From NCBI GenBank assembly GCA_013239625.1, contig MU056000.1, positions 11,297,175-11,361,174 on the forward strand: a DNA stretch of 64,000 nucleotides, in the 5' to 3' direction. How positions within the stretch are numbered: position 1 is the first letter of the stretch; each line of letters opens with the position of its first letter. The notes beneath the pieces are model-generated. The model did not search any database. It was not told the origin of the DNA and worked only from the letters and a program-made list of their open reading frames with translations. The DNA is from Lama guanicoe. Taxonomy: Eukaryota. The position numbers and the translations under genes are program-made. Below, piece by piece: positions 51,630 to 64,000 of this stretch.

Positions 51630-52080
51630 CACCTAGGGTCCAGAAATGATGTGTTTATGTAAAACATTCAAACAAAGCAACTGGAGAGATTTTACTAGAG
51701 AGACCTTTGCAAAGTTGAGGGCAGGGTTAAAAGAGATCCTGCAAAAGATGAGCAGGACCTTGGACTGGCTCCTGGGCCTGAGATGGGTAAAGACAGTCAA
51801 ACCCTTGGGGTATTTGCCAGGACTGGGAGAGAGCGGTAGCTGTGTCTGAACGTGGAGCATTTGTTTGGTAGAGAAATGGTTGAGTGGAGAGGATGTCAGA
51901 TAATAAACCCTATGCCCTCTCCTTTCTTCTGCCTTCTCTGTGTTTGCTGGGCTACCAATTGGTCAGTTCCAACGAGGTGCCAGAGAGCAGGGGAGCCTAG
52001 CGGTGTTGATGGAACCCTTAGAAAGGTATGAAAGGTTCCAGAGTGGATCTGGTGGAGCAAATGCTGAACATGGCACCAAA
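51630..52080. mobile_element. Ancient LTR, family uncertain
   Basis: ccagagagcaggggagcc...agagtggatctggtggagcaaatg resembles the end of old eutherian LTRs. Confidence 0.4.
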
Positions 52081-52979
52081 GCGTGACCCGTGAAAAAAAT
52101 CCAGTTAGTACCTACTTTGCAAGAACAGTAAGTAATTTTGGTTAATGTTTAAAGAGAAAATCACCTTGTCATCTGAAGTCTTATTAATCGCTAACATCAT
52201 GATATTATGATAATAAATGGCAAGATCTCATTTGATATTATATATTCATAAAGGTAGGAGAAATGAAGTCATAATGCATATGCTGGCTTAGCTGTCAGGC
52301 ATTTTATGTCAAAGCAAACTGTCCTTGACCCCATGAATAAATGATGCTCATCGAATACCTCGCGGGGAAGAGGGGATGAGAGGAAGCAGTAATTAGGGCA
52401 TTTTCACTCTGCATTTTCCTTCTAGTTTGATTTAGCGTGTATTCAGTACACACCAAATTAGTCATGTGCTGGTCAGTTATACCTCAATAAAGCTGAAAAA
52501 AAGAGGGGAAAAAGTAATCTTTCTTCACATCCCCACTAAATAACATGAAATCTATTGCTTGACTGTCAGACATTCAACTTTCAAAAATTTTCCAGAAGGC
52601 AGTATGGACATAAGTGGGGCACAGTCTTCCCTTTCCAAAGGACGGACTGTAGTGAAGTGAAATAGACCTTTCTGGGCCAGCCACAGCACAGGAAGTGGGA
52701 TTGCTGGATGGTACGGTCGTTCTGTTTTAATTTCTTGAGGAACTGATGTACAGTTTTCCGTAGCGGCTGTACCAGTTACATCCACACCCACATCCTCACG
52801 AACGCTTGTTATCTCTTGTCTGTTTGATCACAGCCATTCTAACAGGTGTGGGGTGGTAGTTCAGTGCGGTTTTGATTTACATTTCCCTACTCATTAGTGA
52901 TGTTGAGCACCTTTTCATATACTTTTTGGCTGTTTGTATGTCTTCTTCGGGAAAATGTCTGTTTGCATCCATTGACCAT

Positions 52980-53055
52980 TTTTTATTTTATTTTATTTTA
53001 TTTTATTTTATTTTATTTATTTATTTATTTGTTTGTTTATTTATTTATTTATTTA
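52980..53055. repeat. (ATTTT)n/(ATTT)n simple repeat inside L1
   Basis: Seen directly. Confidence 0.85.
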
Positions 53056-53596
53056 TAGCTGCTGAGTTGTATTAGTTTCTTGTATATTTTGGATATTAAT
53101 TCCTTAGTGGATATGTGGCTTGCAGATGTGTTCTCCCATTCCATAGGTTGCCTTTTCACTTAGTGGTGGTTTCCTTTGCTGTGCAGAAGCTTTTTAGTCT
53201 AACGTAGCCTCACTCGTTTATTTTTGCTTTGACTGACTTTGCTTTTGGTGTCAATTCCAAGAACTCATTACCAAGATCAATGTCAAGTGGCTTGCCACCT
53301 ATGTTTTCCTCTAGGAGTCTTACGGTTTCAGGTGTTACATTCAAGTTTTAATCCATTTTGAGTTGATTATTGTGTATGGTCTAAGATAGGGGTGCAGTTT
53401 CATTTTTCTGTCTGTGAATACCCAGTTTTCCCAACACCATTTATTGAAGTTACTGTCCTTTCCTCATTGAATATTCTTTGTACCCTTGTCAAATATTAGT
53501 TGATCATATCTGCAAGGGTTTATTTCTGGACTCTCTATTCTGTTCCTTTGGTCTGTGTATCTAAATTTATGCCAATACCATACTGTTTTGATTCTT

Positions 53597-54926
53597 TTTT
53601 TTTTTAATTAGACCAAATTTTTTTTTAATTGAAGTACAGTCAATTACAATGTGTCAAAATCTGGTGTACATACAGCACAATGTCCCAGTCTTGCATATAC
53701 ATACATATATTTGTTTTCATATGTCTTTCCATTAAAGGTTATTACAGGATATTGAGCATAGTTCCCTGTGCTATACAAAACAAACTCTTTGTTTTTAAAT
53801 CTACTTTTATATATAGTGGCTAGCATTTGTAAATCTCAAACTTCTAAATTTATTCCTTCCCATCCCCTTTCCCCAATAACCATAAGATTGTTTACTAAGT
53901 CTGAGACTCTGTTTCCGTTTTGTAGATTTAAGTTCACAGTGTCTTTTTTTTTTTAGATTCCACATTATGAGTGATATCATACGGTATTTTGCTTTCTCTT
54001 TTTGGCTTACTTCACTTAGAATGACGTTCTCCAGGTCCATCTATGTTGCTGCAAATGGCATTATTTTATTCTTTTTATGCCAGAGTAATATTCCATTGTA
54101 TAAATATACCACAGCTTCTTTATCCAGTCATCTGTCAATGGACATTTAGATTGCTTCCATGTCCTAGCTATTGTATATAGTGCTGCTATGAATATTGGGG
54201 TGCATGTATCTTTTCACATTAGAGTTCCCTCTGGGTGTTTACCCAGGAGTAGGATTGCTGCATCATATGATAAGTCTACTTTTAGTTTTTTTGAGGAATC
54301 TCTATACTGTTTTCCATAATGGTTGCACCAAACTACATTCCCACCAGCAGTATAGGAGTGTTCCCTTTTCTCCACAGCCTCTCCAGAATTTATAGTTTGT
54401 GGACATTTGAATGATGGCCATTTTGACTGGTGTGAGGTAACACCTCATTGTAGTTTTGATTTGCATTTCTCTGACAGTTAGTGATATTGAGCATTTTTTC
54501 ATCTGTATATTGGCCATTTGTATGTCTTCATTGGAGAAATGCTTGTTTAGGTCTTCTGCCCATTTTTGGATTGGGTTGTTTGTTATCTTATTACTAAGTT
54601 GTATGAGCTGTTTGTGTATTCTGGAAATTAAGCCTTTGTCAGTCGCATCATTTGCAAATATTTTCTCCCGTTCCATAGGCTGTCATTTTGTTTTGCTTAT
54701 GGTTTCCTTTGCTGCGCAAAAGCTTATGCGTTTAATTAGGTCCCGTGTGTTTATTTCTACTCTTATTTCCATTTCCTGAGTAGATTGCTCTAGGAGAATG
54801 TGGCTAAGATTTATGTCAGAGGATGTTTTGCCTATGTTTTCTTGTAGGAGATTTATTGTGTCTTGTCTTATATTTAAATTTTTAAGCCATTTTGAGTTTA
54901 TTTTTGTGCGTGGAGTGGGGGAGTGT
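53597..54926 (-). mobile_element. Nested L1, intermediate age
   Basis: Poly-T tail, 3' UTR and ORF2 C-terminus (ORF 54302-54676); 13-bp TSD tgttttga(t/c)tctt at 53584-53596 and 54927-54939. Confidence 0.9.
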
Positions 54927-56034
54927 TGTTTTGACTCTTATAGCTGCATAGTATAGTTTGAAATCAGGAAGTCTGATGCCTCCAGCTTTGTGCTGCTTTC
55001 TCAGAATTGCTTTGGCTGTTAGATTCTTCTCTTCATTGGTCCCATACAAATTTTAGGGTGTTTTTTTTGTTTCTGTGAAAAGTGGAGACAAAGCTCTGAT
55101 GCCTGTGTCCACTAAAACCCTTACTCATCCAGACGGATAAATCATTAAGTTTATGATACTGTCTTGTTCTAGAATATTAACTTTTAGCAAGGAGGGAGGG
55201 GTAATCATTCTCTTTTAATCTGGAGCATAATGCAAATGTTGTATCAATTGTCTGAAAGCAGAGTTGGGTATGAAGAGTCACTTTTACCCCAGGATGCCTT
55301 TCTACACATCTGCAACAGTTCTACTGGAAATTTTTAACACTCAGACTGTTTTCCAGAATACCTCAAATTGCTCTGTGAATTATTTAATCCAACTACAGTG
55401 ACATCTCCTGGCCAAGATGAAAGCTAATTGGTAAACATCTTCAGAGGTGATAGAAAATTACAAACAAGATCTAAAAGAAATAAATAAAAGATGCTGGCCA
55501 AATGTTTTGTTTTAAGGCCATCAGCATTTTCTAGGTTCATATTTTCATTACCCCCAGGTTCAGCACAATAAATAACAAATTTTAAAAGGTCAGAACGAAT
55601 AATGTCTCCCTTGACATAAGAGGGGTAAATAAAGCAAAAAAAGGTGCTTTAATATTGGCAAGTCCTTGTGGGAAATGTTGCCAGAGCCCTATAAATGGTG
55701 TAATGAAGATTTGTTCTCCCAGATTCCAAGGCCTTCCCTTCTCTTTTGGTGTGAGTTGGATGAGGGTTTTCATGAATACTTTATCTTTTTTTTTTCCTTA
55801 ACAGTTTTGGGAGACAAGGCTAACCAGTGATCACACAATTGTGTGCTGATTTTAGGCTTCTTTATTCCTACTTTGCAACAAAAAAGGCTATTGTTTTCAA
55901 CCTCCTAATATTGTAAGAGGAGAGGGAGGGGGAAAGAAACAAAGGTCTTTCCTCTATAGATAGAAATTTGGCTTCAATACAGGCCAGAGAGAGCAAGGAG
56001 GGAGCATTTCCTGTAGGAAATATTGTTCAGCTTT

Positions 56035-56181
56035 TTTTTTACATAGTTTTTTTTAAAATTTTTTTAGAGTGGGGGGGTAGTTAGATTTACTTATTTATTT
56101 TTAGAGGAGGGGCTGGGGCTTGAACCCAGGACCTTGTGTGTGCTAAGCATGTGCTCTACCACTTGAGCTATATCCTATCCC
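56035..56181 (-). mobile_element. tRNA-derived camelid SINE (Vic-1-like)
   Basis: ggggcttgaacccaggaccttgtgtgtgctaagcatgtgctctaccacttgagctata is the antisense SINE head; cagcttttt flanks both sides. Confidence 0.9.
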
Positions 56182-56250
56182 TTCCAGCTTTTTTTTTTTT
56201 TAGCTTTTTTTTCTAGCTTCATGTCTTCCTGTGATGCCTTAGCAATTCTT

Positions 56251-57410
56251 TTTTATAAGAAATTTTATTTTATTTTATTTTTAACTTATTTTTATTGATT
56301 TATAATCATTTTACAATTTTGTGTCAAATTCCAGTGTAGAGCACAATTTTTCAATTATGCATGAACATATATGTATTCATTGTCACATTCCTTTCTCTGT
56401 GAGCTACCATAAGATCTTGTATATATTTCCCTGTGCTATACAGTATAATCTTGTTTAGCTATTCTACAATTTTGAAATCCTAGTCTCTCTCTTCCCACCC
56501 ACCACCACCTTGGCAACCACAAGTCTGTATTCTCTGTCTGTGAGTCTATTTCTGTTCTGTATTTATGCTTTGTTTGTTTGTTTTTATTTTTTTTTTAGAT
56601 TCCACATATGAGCGATCTCATATGGTATTTTTCTTTCTCTTTCTGGCTTACTTCACTTTGAATGACATTCTCCAGGAGCATCCATGTCGCGTCGCAGCTG
56701 TACCAAACTGCATTCCCACCAGCAGTGTAGGAGTGTTCCCTTTTCTCCACAGCCTCTCCAGCATTTGTCATTTGTGGACTTTCGAATGATGGCCATTCTG
56801 ACAGGTGTGAGGTGATACCTCATTGTAGTTTTGATTTGCATTTCTCTGATAATTCGTGATATTGAGCATTTTTTTCATGTGCTTTTTGATCATTTGTATG
56901 TCTTCCTTGGAGAATTGCTTGTTTAGGTCTTCTGCCCATTTTTGGATTGGGTTATTTTCTTCTTATTGAGTCGTATGAGCTGCTTATATATTCTGGAGAT
57001 CAAGCCTTTGTTGGTTTCATTTGCAAAAATTTTCTCCCATTCCGTAGGTTGTCTTTTGTTTTACTTATGGTTTCCTTTGCTCTGCAGAAGCTTGTAAGTT
57101 TCATTAGGTCCCATTTGTTCATTCTTGCTTCTATTTCTTCTAGGAGAAAATTTTTGAGATGTATGTCAGATAATGTTTTGCCTATATTTTCCTCTAGGAG
57201 GTTTATTGTATCTTGTCTTATGTTTAACTCTTTGATCCATTTTGAGTTGATTTTTGTATATGGTGTAAGGGAGTGTTCTAGCTTCATTGTTTCACATGTT
57301 GCTGTCCAGTTTTCCCAGCACCATTTGCTGAAGAGACTGTCTTTATTCCATTGTATATTCTTGCCTCCTTTGTGGAAGATTAGTTGACCAAGTTTGTGGG
57401 TTCATTTCTG
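56251..57410 (-). mobile_element. Young camelid-type L1 with internal deletion
   Basis: Closely matches 45714-47075; 10-bp TSD agcaattctt at 56241-56250 and 57411-57420. Confidence 0.92.
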
Positions 57411-58757
57411 AGCAATTCTTAAAAGACATTTAAGTCAGAGGCTGGTGGATAATAGCTTTGGCACAGGAAGCCTTATGTGTGATTCTGTGGTTCCTCATTG
57501 TTGGTTACCCCACTGCCCAGTCTGGTTTGTGTCTGTGTGTTTTGTTTTTCTACAGTCTTCTCTTACCCCAGGGATCCATCACAAGCAGCTCAAGGACTGG
57601 AGAATCCATGACTCTGATAAGAGTGGATTAAAAAAAAAAAACCTCTGAGAAGTTATGGGGGTGGGTGGGGATCAGGTGGAATAAAGAGGTAATAGCATTC
57701 ACTGAACTAGAAAGGCTTTCTTCTTATATCATAATTGGACTAGCATTTTTCTAAATATGTCACTATTTGCAGTTCAGAGGGATATAGTGAAAAGATGATT
57801 AAGTTTTTCACACAAGGATTTTCAATGTGTACCCATTTTGTAAGCCTAACGTAATGATCAAGGTCTGATGAAGTGTGCAAGCCTCAATCTGTACAGAATT
57901 CTAATGAAGATATGCCTAAGGGCCAGATATTACAATTATCATCCCAGTACCTTTTCTATGGTGAAAACTTTAAAATCTATGCCCTTAAAGTGTTGCTAAT
58001 TTGAGCAAAACATGCTTACTTTAAGGACTCAGTCACAGAAATTATCTGCAAACAAATGGTATTTGATTGTTAAAATCAGCTCACAGTTTTGCTTCGTGTT
58101 TTTTTTAAGAGATAAATATGGATAATGCTATTGTGGTGAGTATGAGAGAAAATAATATTTTTCTTTTAGGTTAGAAGGCAGTGAGCACACATCTTAATGT
58201 TTTTGATCCTATTCAGCGATCCAAGTAGATGCAAGCATCTCATTGATTTCAAAGCCTCACTCTTCAAATTACAGGGGAAGAAAAACGGGAGCCACATTAT
58301 AAAACTGGAATAATAGCAAGCCACAGATAATCAAATTTCTCATTTTCAGATATTTTTGTGATAGTCTATAGTCTGTTTTTCCAGTTTATGACCTTGCAAG
58401 GTATTTTTCCTGGATAACTTGTCCAATGGACATATCCTCTTACAAAAGCAGTATCCCATTTGAAGTCAAGCCGTTGTATTGATCCATTGTATCCACTGTA
58501 GTATTTTAGTGCTATTAATTCTCCACCCAGTAGATTACTGGAAGAATGAATTGTCAAATCATGAATAAATCTTGAAATGTAATAGGATTCTCAAAATCAA
58601 CTCTGAAAATCTTTGAATGGTTTTTCTGCCAGAGAAACCAATAATGTCTTCTTAGATAAGAGAGGACAAGGGCTTTGCTATGAATCATAATGATAAGAGT
58701 ACATTTTCCAATAAATAGCCAGTGGGAAGATCATATGGCAAGTGAGTCCTCTAATTG

Positions 58758-58975
58758 TAAGGGTCAGCAAACTATAGCCCACAGGCCAAATATATCCTAC
58801 CTGCTCCTTTAATAAATAAAGTTTTATTGAAACACAGCCACACTTATTTGTTTACATGTAGTCTACAGTTGCTTTTGCAATACATCACAGAGTTGAATAG
58901 TTAAAGATTGTTTGGCATTCAAAACCTAAAATATTTATTATCCATTTCTTTACAAAAAAAGTTTGCCAACCACTG
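58758..58975. mobile_element. MER58A
   Basis: gggtcagcaaactatagcccacaggccaaat...aataaagttttattgaaacacagcca...aaagtttgccaaccactg. Confidence 0.85.
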
Positions 58976-60974
58976 CTCTGCTAGCTTGTCTATTTAGAAT
59001 CTGTACCAGTTCCTGAGCCAAACTTCCAAATCAAAATAAAGAGTCCTAAATATAGACACAGGTAATTGCATGAGAAAAAAAAAAAGCATCAAAGCAGTTG
59101 GGTTTTATACCCTGCTAGGACAACCATTTCTTATAAGGTTTGCAAATGAGGGAAGCATCCAGACCTTTTAGCACCTCAGTGGTAAGTACTTTTTCTCCCA
59201 TTGGCGCAATGCAGGATTCACTGGGACTCACTGTTTCAGGACAGTGAGCATTATGGAACACCACTGAATGCCTGAGGTGCTATCAGGTTGGCCAAGTCAG
59301 TGCCAAAATGAGGCACAGACAATGTGGCACAGAATGGATTTGAGAATGTGCACAACTGAGTAGTCCTAGAACTAGCCAATGGGAGACAGAGAGGCACAGC
59401 AGATGTGCTTGTTTTACTCTCACTGACTTTTCCTTTTCATGCATCTACAGGGTAGTTAAAGAAAGAGCGCAACTATCACAGTTAGCATGACACAGTGCAC
59501 AGTTTTGGCTGGTTTTAAACAATTCAATTATTTGTAGTCATTCTGCACTACAAAGTGGACTGCAAAAAGAACTACAACAGAGCTAAGAGATCATCTTGGC
59601 TACACATGAGTGTAGCTTTGAAAAGGATTCAGTTATGCCCTGCAAATTAATCTCCTTGCTATGAAAACAAAGGTGGAACAGAACATACAAGACTAGGGTG
59701 ACCAATAGAAATGGTCACCTAGTCCCAGACACTCTTCAGAGTGAACGTGGCTTTAGTAATAATGAAGCCAAGTCAACACATATAATCCAGGATAATCCCA
59801 AGTGAACCTGATTTATGGTCTCCCATGTAGACATAATCGTGTTGATAATACCTGATGCTGCCAGTGGTTTGGAAGTGCTTGGCTTCAGGGCTGAGCTAGA
59901 AAATGCAATGCCTTTGTAAGAATGACAAGAAGACACCGCTTTCTGTGGCCAGCGAGAGATAGGCTCCCCTTCCTCCAGGCAGGTGCAGCCCTCTTCCATA
60001 GGGCATAGCTCGCTGAGTGGCAGATTGAATCTTAGACCCCCAGCTGAACTCCTGGCCAAATGTCTGGCAGGAGGTAGCCATATGTGGTTGTTCTGCTCGA
60101 CACCAGAGAGTGGTCGTGGTAGTAAAAACGGGGATGTATCTTGTCCAATGGTTGCAGCATGTCAGCCTTAATCTAAAATCAATACTAATTGAACTACTAC
60201 ATTTCAGATAGATGGAAAATACTAGATTTTATTAAAAACAAATTAAGACTGATCATAATAATAGCTTAAACAACTTAGGCAAGAAATTGATGATGTCTGT
60301 GTTTTTTAAAATGTAACTTCAAGCTCCTGAGAGAAATTAGATGTTCTGAAACTTGAAGTCATCTCAGTCATAAGAAATATTGGCTTATAGATTTGCCCAG
60401 ACCTTTTGAGGGAAAGTAATTTGGATTTTTTCCACTTAATTTTCCAGATAATTGCTGTGGTTCCTCCCCATTTCTGTATTAATACAGCCCAGATGACAGA
60501 AAAGAGGTAGCAAAGAAAAACGGGAACTCTAAGATGGAGGAGTAAAACAAGACGGCCATTGCATAAAGAGCATTTCATGTAATTCTTCTGACCACAAGCT
60601 GCAGCAGACTGTTCAGTCTGCTATTGTCCTTCATGTTCCTAGCAGACCTCCAGCTTTTTATTTGAAAAGGCTGATGACCAAACAAGTCTGCCCTGAAGCA
60701 CACAGACACCGCAGGCTTGCCAAGAACCCTCACACTCTGCTGAGTGGAGCCTTTCTCTCCTTTACTCAGGACTGATGGAGAAGCAAATAATATCCACTTC
60801 AGCACTTTTTTATGTGTGTCTTTTCTGCTGGTTCCCCTTTTTCTTTGGGTTAACTTCATTTCTTCCATTCCTGAATCTGACAGTTTCCTCACATTGTTTT
60901 GAATTTCCTTCAGCACTGATAACTTAACTTTTTTTTGTAATTCAACATCACTTTGTGGAAAAGGAGGGATAAAA

Positions 60975-61175
60975 CTTTATGTTTGTATTTGCATGTGTTT
61001 TTTTAAAAAGTCTCTAGGGTTCACTGAAACTAGTAACAGTGGTGACCTTAGGAGCAGTTTGCTGAACAGACGAGATGGAATTGGAAGAAGACTTTTTATT
61101 GTGTGTCTTGGATTTTTTTCACTTTTATGGCATATGTGAATTTGTTATTCAAATAAGTTAAAATACTTGTTTAAA
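60975..61175 (+). mobile_element. Ancient L1 (L1MC/ME) 3' end
   Basis: gaaactagtaacagtggtgacct...gaagacttttt. Confidence 0.5.
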
Positions 61176-61347
61176 TCAAAACAAAAACAGAAGACAGTAG
61201 CAACTTGAACAAATGCTTCATCAGCAGCCTCTCCCACAGGAGAATTTTGAAGATCTAGCAGACGTTCACTCTTCTGAGAGAATGAGGTTGACATGTTTAT
61301 GTCAGAGCCCTCAGTAAATTTTTACCTCTAACTTTGCCTGGTCAACT

Positions 61348-61827
61348 TATTACTGGAGTGTAAGTTCTTGTCTAGCACAGGAAAGAATTCAAGAGTTAGC
61401 CACAGCAAAGGGAAAGTAGATTTATTTAGGGAGATACACACTCCATAGACAGAGTGTGAACCATCTCAGAAAGTAAGAGAGATGGCTGCAGGGTATGAGG
61501 CTATTAGTTTTTGTAGGCTGTGTAATGTCATATGCTAACGGTGGGGGATTATCCAACTGTTTTGGGGAAGGGGCAGGGATTTCCAGGAATTGGACCCTGT
61601 CTACTTTTTGGCCTTTTATGGTCAGCCTGGGAACTGTCATGGTACCTGTGTGTGTGTCAATTAGCATGCCAATGAATTACAGTGAGCCTATAATGAGGCT
61701 CAGGGTCTAATGGAAATCTAATCTTCTGACATCTTGGGCTGAGTTGGTTCTAAACAGTTTATGTCCTATCCTCAGTTGTTATGTCATTCTTTTAATGGTT
61801 GTTTCCTGCCCCCTTCTCTCCTGTCTC
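61348..61827 (-). mobile_element. ERV1-type solo LTR
   Basis: Minus strand starts TGAGACAGGAG and ends ...ccagtaata; AATAAA on the minus strand near 61420; ~480 bp. Confidence 0.7.
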
Positions 61828-62744
61828 AGACCTTGGGGGAGAATGAAGTTTCCTGTCTGCAAATGAAGAATCTGACCTATATTGAAAATTCAGTGTAATA
61901 ATATACCAGCCATTGTGGTACAACATGGTGCCTTGAGGTAGTCCCTTTGCCAGAATTTTTTTCTGCTTACTGACAATCAAGTGTAGTTGGGACTCATTCA
62001 TAAGATAAGCAGTGAGTGGTTGACACGTGCTCAGCATCGGCCAGGCACCTGAACACAAGAGTGAACAAGACCTTCACTCTGCAGGGTGCTCTACCCCATT
62101 GTAATTGAGGAGACGGTTATCTAAGTACACAATTGTCGATGTGCTGTCATGGGTGAAGTTCACAGTAGAGTACAGGGGACAGCTAACTATAGAGTTCTGT
62201 GGGCAGACAGGAGAAGGAGCAACTCTCCTCGCCTAAGATGGATCAAAGAAGATATGTGCCAGGCTCATTCCCATTAAAACTGAAGTAAAAGGTCTTTTAG
62301 GAGTCGCCCCATACCCTCTTGGGAGGAAAAAAGGCCACAGTGCTGACTGTGTCTCAGAGGTTCAGTGCATCATCATACAACACCACACGGATGAGCGTCA
62401 AGTCCTTAGAATGCCAATTCCATTCTCCCTGCAAAACACACCCTCTGGGAGTTTCATTGGTAGGGTCATGAAGAAGTTGACCAACTCTAACCAAAGCAGA
62501 GTATCTCTTCCCAAATGTCACTTCCAGCAATGGAAATCATTGAGTGTCATTAAGTTCTTTGACTGTTTCTTTGTTTTGTTTTGTTGAATTTCTAACCACT
62601 GTACCACAGTCTTTGAACAAAGTTCTTTTTGAGTTTGTTAGGAAACAATGATTTTGAGAAGGGTTGTTGCCCACAGTAAGGAAGAAACACATTTTAATGA
62701 TAGGACCTTATCCATTTTTATAAATTAATTGAAAATGCGAGAGG

Positions 62745-62850
62745 TATTATGTTCCTGTGCGACCAAAGTATTGTGCTGTACACCAGAAATTGATACAATA
62801 TTGTAAACTGACTGTACGTCAATAAAAATATATTAAACTTTAAAAAAAAG
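62745..62850 (+). mobile_element. Very short L1 3' terminus
   Basis: ttgtgctgtacaccagaaattgatacaatattgtaaactgactgtacgtcaataaaaa, homologous to 49965-50025. Confidence 0.8.
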
Positions 62851-62944
62851 GAAATGCAGGATGAACACATGATAAAACTGAGAATATGTTTGTTGTGAAG
62901 GAGGTGCTGTCAAACAGAATATTAAAAGCAGAAAAAAAGTGAGA

Positions 62945-64000
62945 CTCAACAAGTAGGACTCCATCAAATTAAAAAGCTTCTGCACAGCAAAGGGGGCCAT
63001 CAACAAAATGAAAAGGCGACCTATGGCATGGAAGGAAATATTTGCAAGTCATTTACCTGATGATGTTAATATTCAAAATGTGTAAAGAACTCATACAACT
63101 CAGTAGCAAAAGAAAAAAAATCTGATTAAGAAATGGGCAGAGAAACTGAATAGACTTTTTTCCAAAGAAGACATACAAATGGCCAACAGGTACATGAAAA
63201 GGTACCCAATATTACTACTCATCAGGGAAAAGCAAATCAAAACCATAATGAAATATCACCTCACATCTGTTAGAAAGACTATCATCAAAATGGTAAGAGA
63301 TGTGTTGATGAGGATGTGGAGAAAGGGGAACTCTTTCACACTATTGGTGGGAATGTAAATTGGTGCGACCATTAAGTGTGGAAGTTCTTCAAGAAATTAA
63401 AAGAGAGCTACCACTTCTGGGTATATATCCAAAGGAAATGAAAACAGGATCTCAAAGAGATCCCTGCACCATTATGTACATTATTTATTATTTATGTGGC
63501 ATTTTTCACAACAGCCAAGATATGGAAACCACCTAAGTTGTCTGTCAGCGGATAAATAGGTGAAGAAGATGTGTTAGATAAATACAATGGAATATTATTC
63601 TGTCTTAAATAAAAGAAATCCTACCATTTGCAACAAAGTGGATGGACCTTGAGGCCATTATGCTCAGTGAAATAAGGCAGACAGAGAAAAACAAAGATTG
63701 TATGGTATCACTTACATGTGAAATTTTGAAAGGCCAAGCTCATAGAAACAGAAATTAGAATGGTGGTTACCAGGCGCTGGGAAGATGGGGAGACACTGGT
63801 CACAGAGAACAAACTTGCAGGTATTGAATAGGTTCTGGGATCTGATACACAGCATAATGACTCTCATACTATATGTTGCCTATTGTATTCTTGAAGGTTG
63901 CTAAGAGAGCAGATCTTAAATGTTCTCATCACAAGAAAGAAAAGGTAACGTGTGATGCGATACAGATGCCAGCTAATGCTGTGGTGGTAACCACTTTGCC
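62945..64000 (+). mobile_element. Older L1 (L1MA-like) ORF2 end and 3' UTR, running off the window
   Basis: aaaagcttctgcacagcaaa...aatggccaacagg...tggatggaccttgagg...gatcttaaatgttctcatcac. Confidence 0.88.

Larger units (their letters stand above)
52690..55082 (-). mobile_element. Older L1 (52690-53596 plus 54940-55082) hosting a nested younger L1
   Basis: ORF2 antisense sequence ...ccaataccatactgttttga resumes as ...tatagc..tagtatagtttgaaatcagg after the insert. Confidence 0.85.

Noticed and set aside
59736..60916. Cluster of minus-strand ORFs as a processed pseudogene
   Set aside because: No recognisable protein, poly-A tail or TSD.
10160..64000. L1 strand bias indicating host gene orientation
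   Set aside because: Roughly equal numbers of plus and minus copies, so uninformative.
1..64000. CRISPR array, operon or prokaryotic defence system
   Set aside because: The sequence is mammalian and repeat-rich, with no regularly spaced repeats or gene-dense ORFs.

Overview
Mammalian non-coding DNA, most likely camelid (inferred from Vic-1-type tRNA-derived SINEs and the 3' UTR style of the young L1s). I recognise no host protein-coding exon, RNA gene or CRISPR array. The window is intergenic or deep intronic and dense in transposable elements: L1, L2, MIR, MLT1/MLT2/ERV1 solo LTRs, MER20/MER5/MER58 hAT MITEs and a Tigger-like MITE. The only long ORF (45988-47259, minus) is the C-terminal part of L1 ORF2p. 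Most notable observations: (1) an ~800 bp long-TIR DNA element at 26.2-27.0 kb that retains a frameshifted Mutator (MULE)-type transposase C-terminus; (2) three E-boxes at exact 11-bp spacing at 42.9 kb, forming two overlapping ChoRE-type sites; (3) an ETS-CRE palindrome inside an MLT1F LTR, an RFX X-box next to CCAAT, and a near-consensus RE1; (4) two twin-primed inverted L1s with TSDs, nested insertions and a shared in-frame ORF2p deletion in the youngest L1s; (5) weak candidate exons and one hydrophobic small ORF. Repeat family names come from recall of consensus sequences, not a database search. Boundaries of old repeats are approximate.
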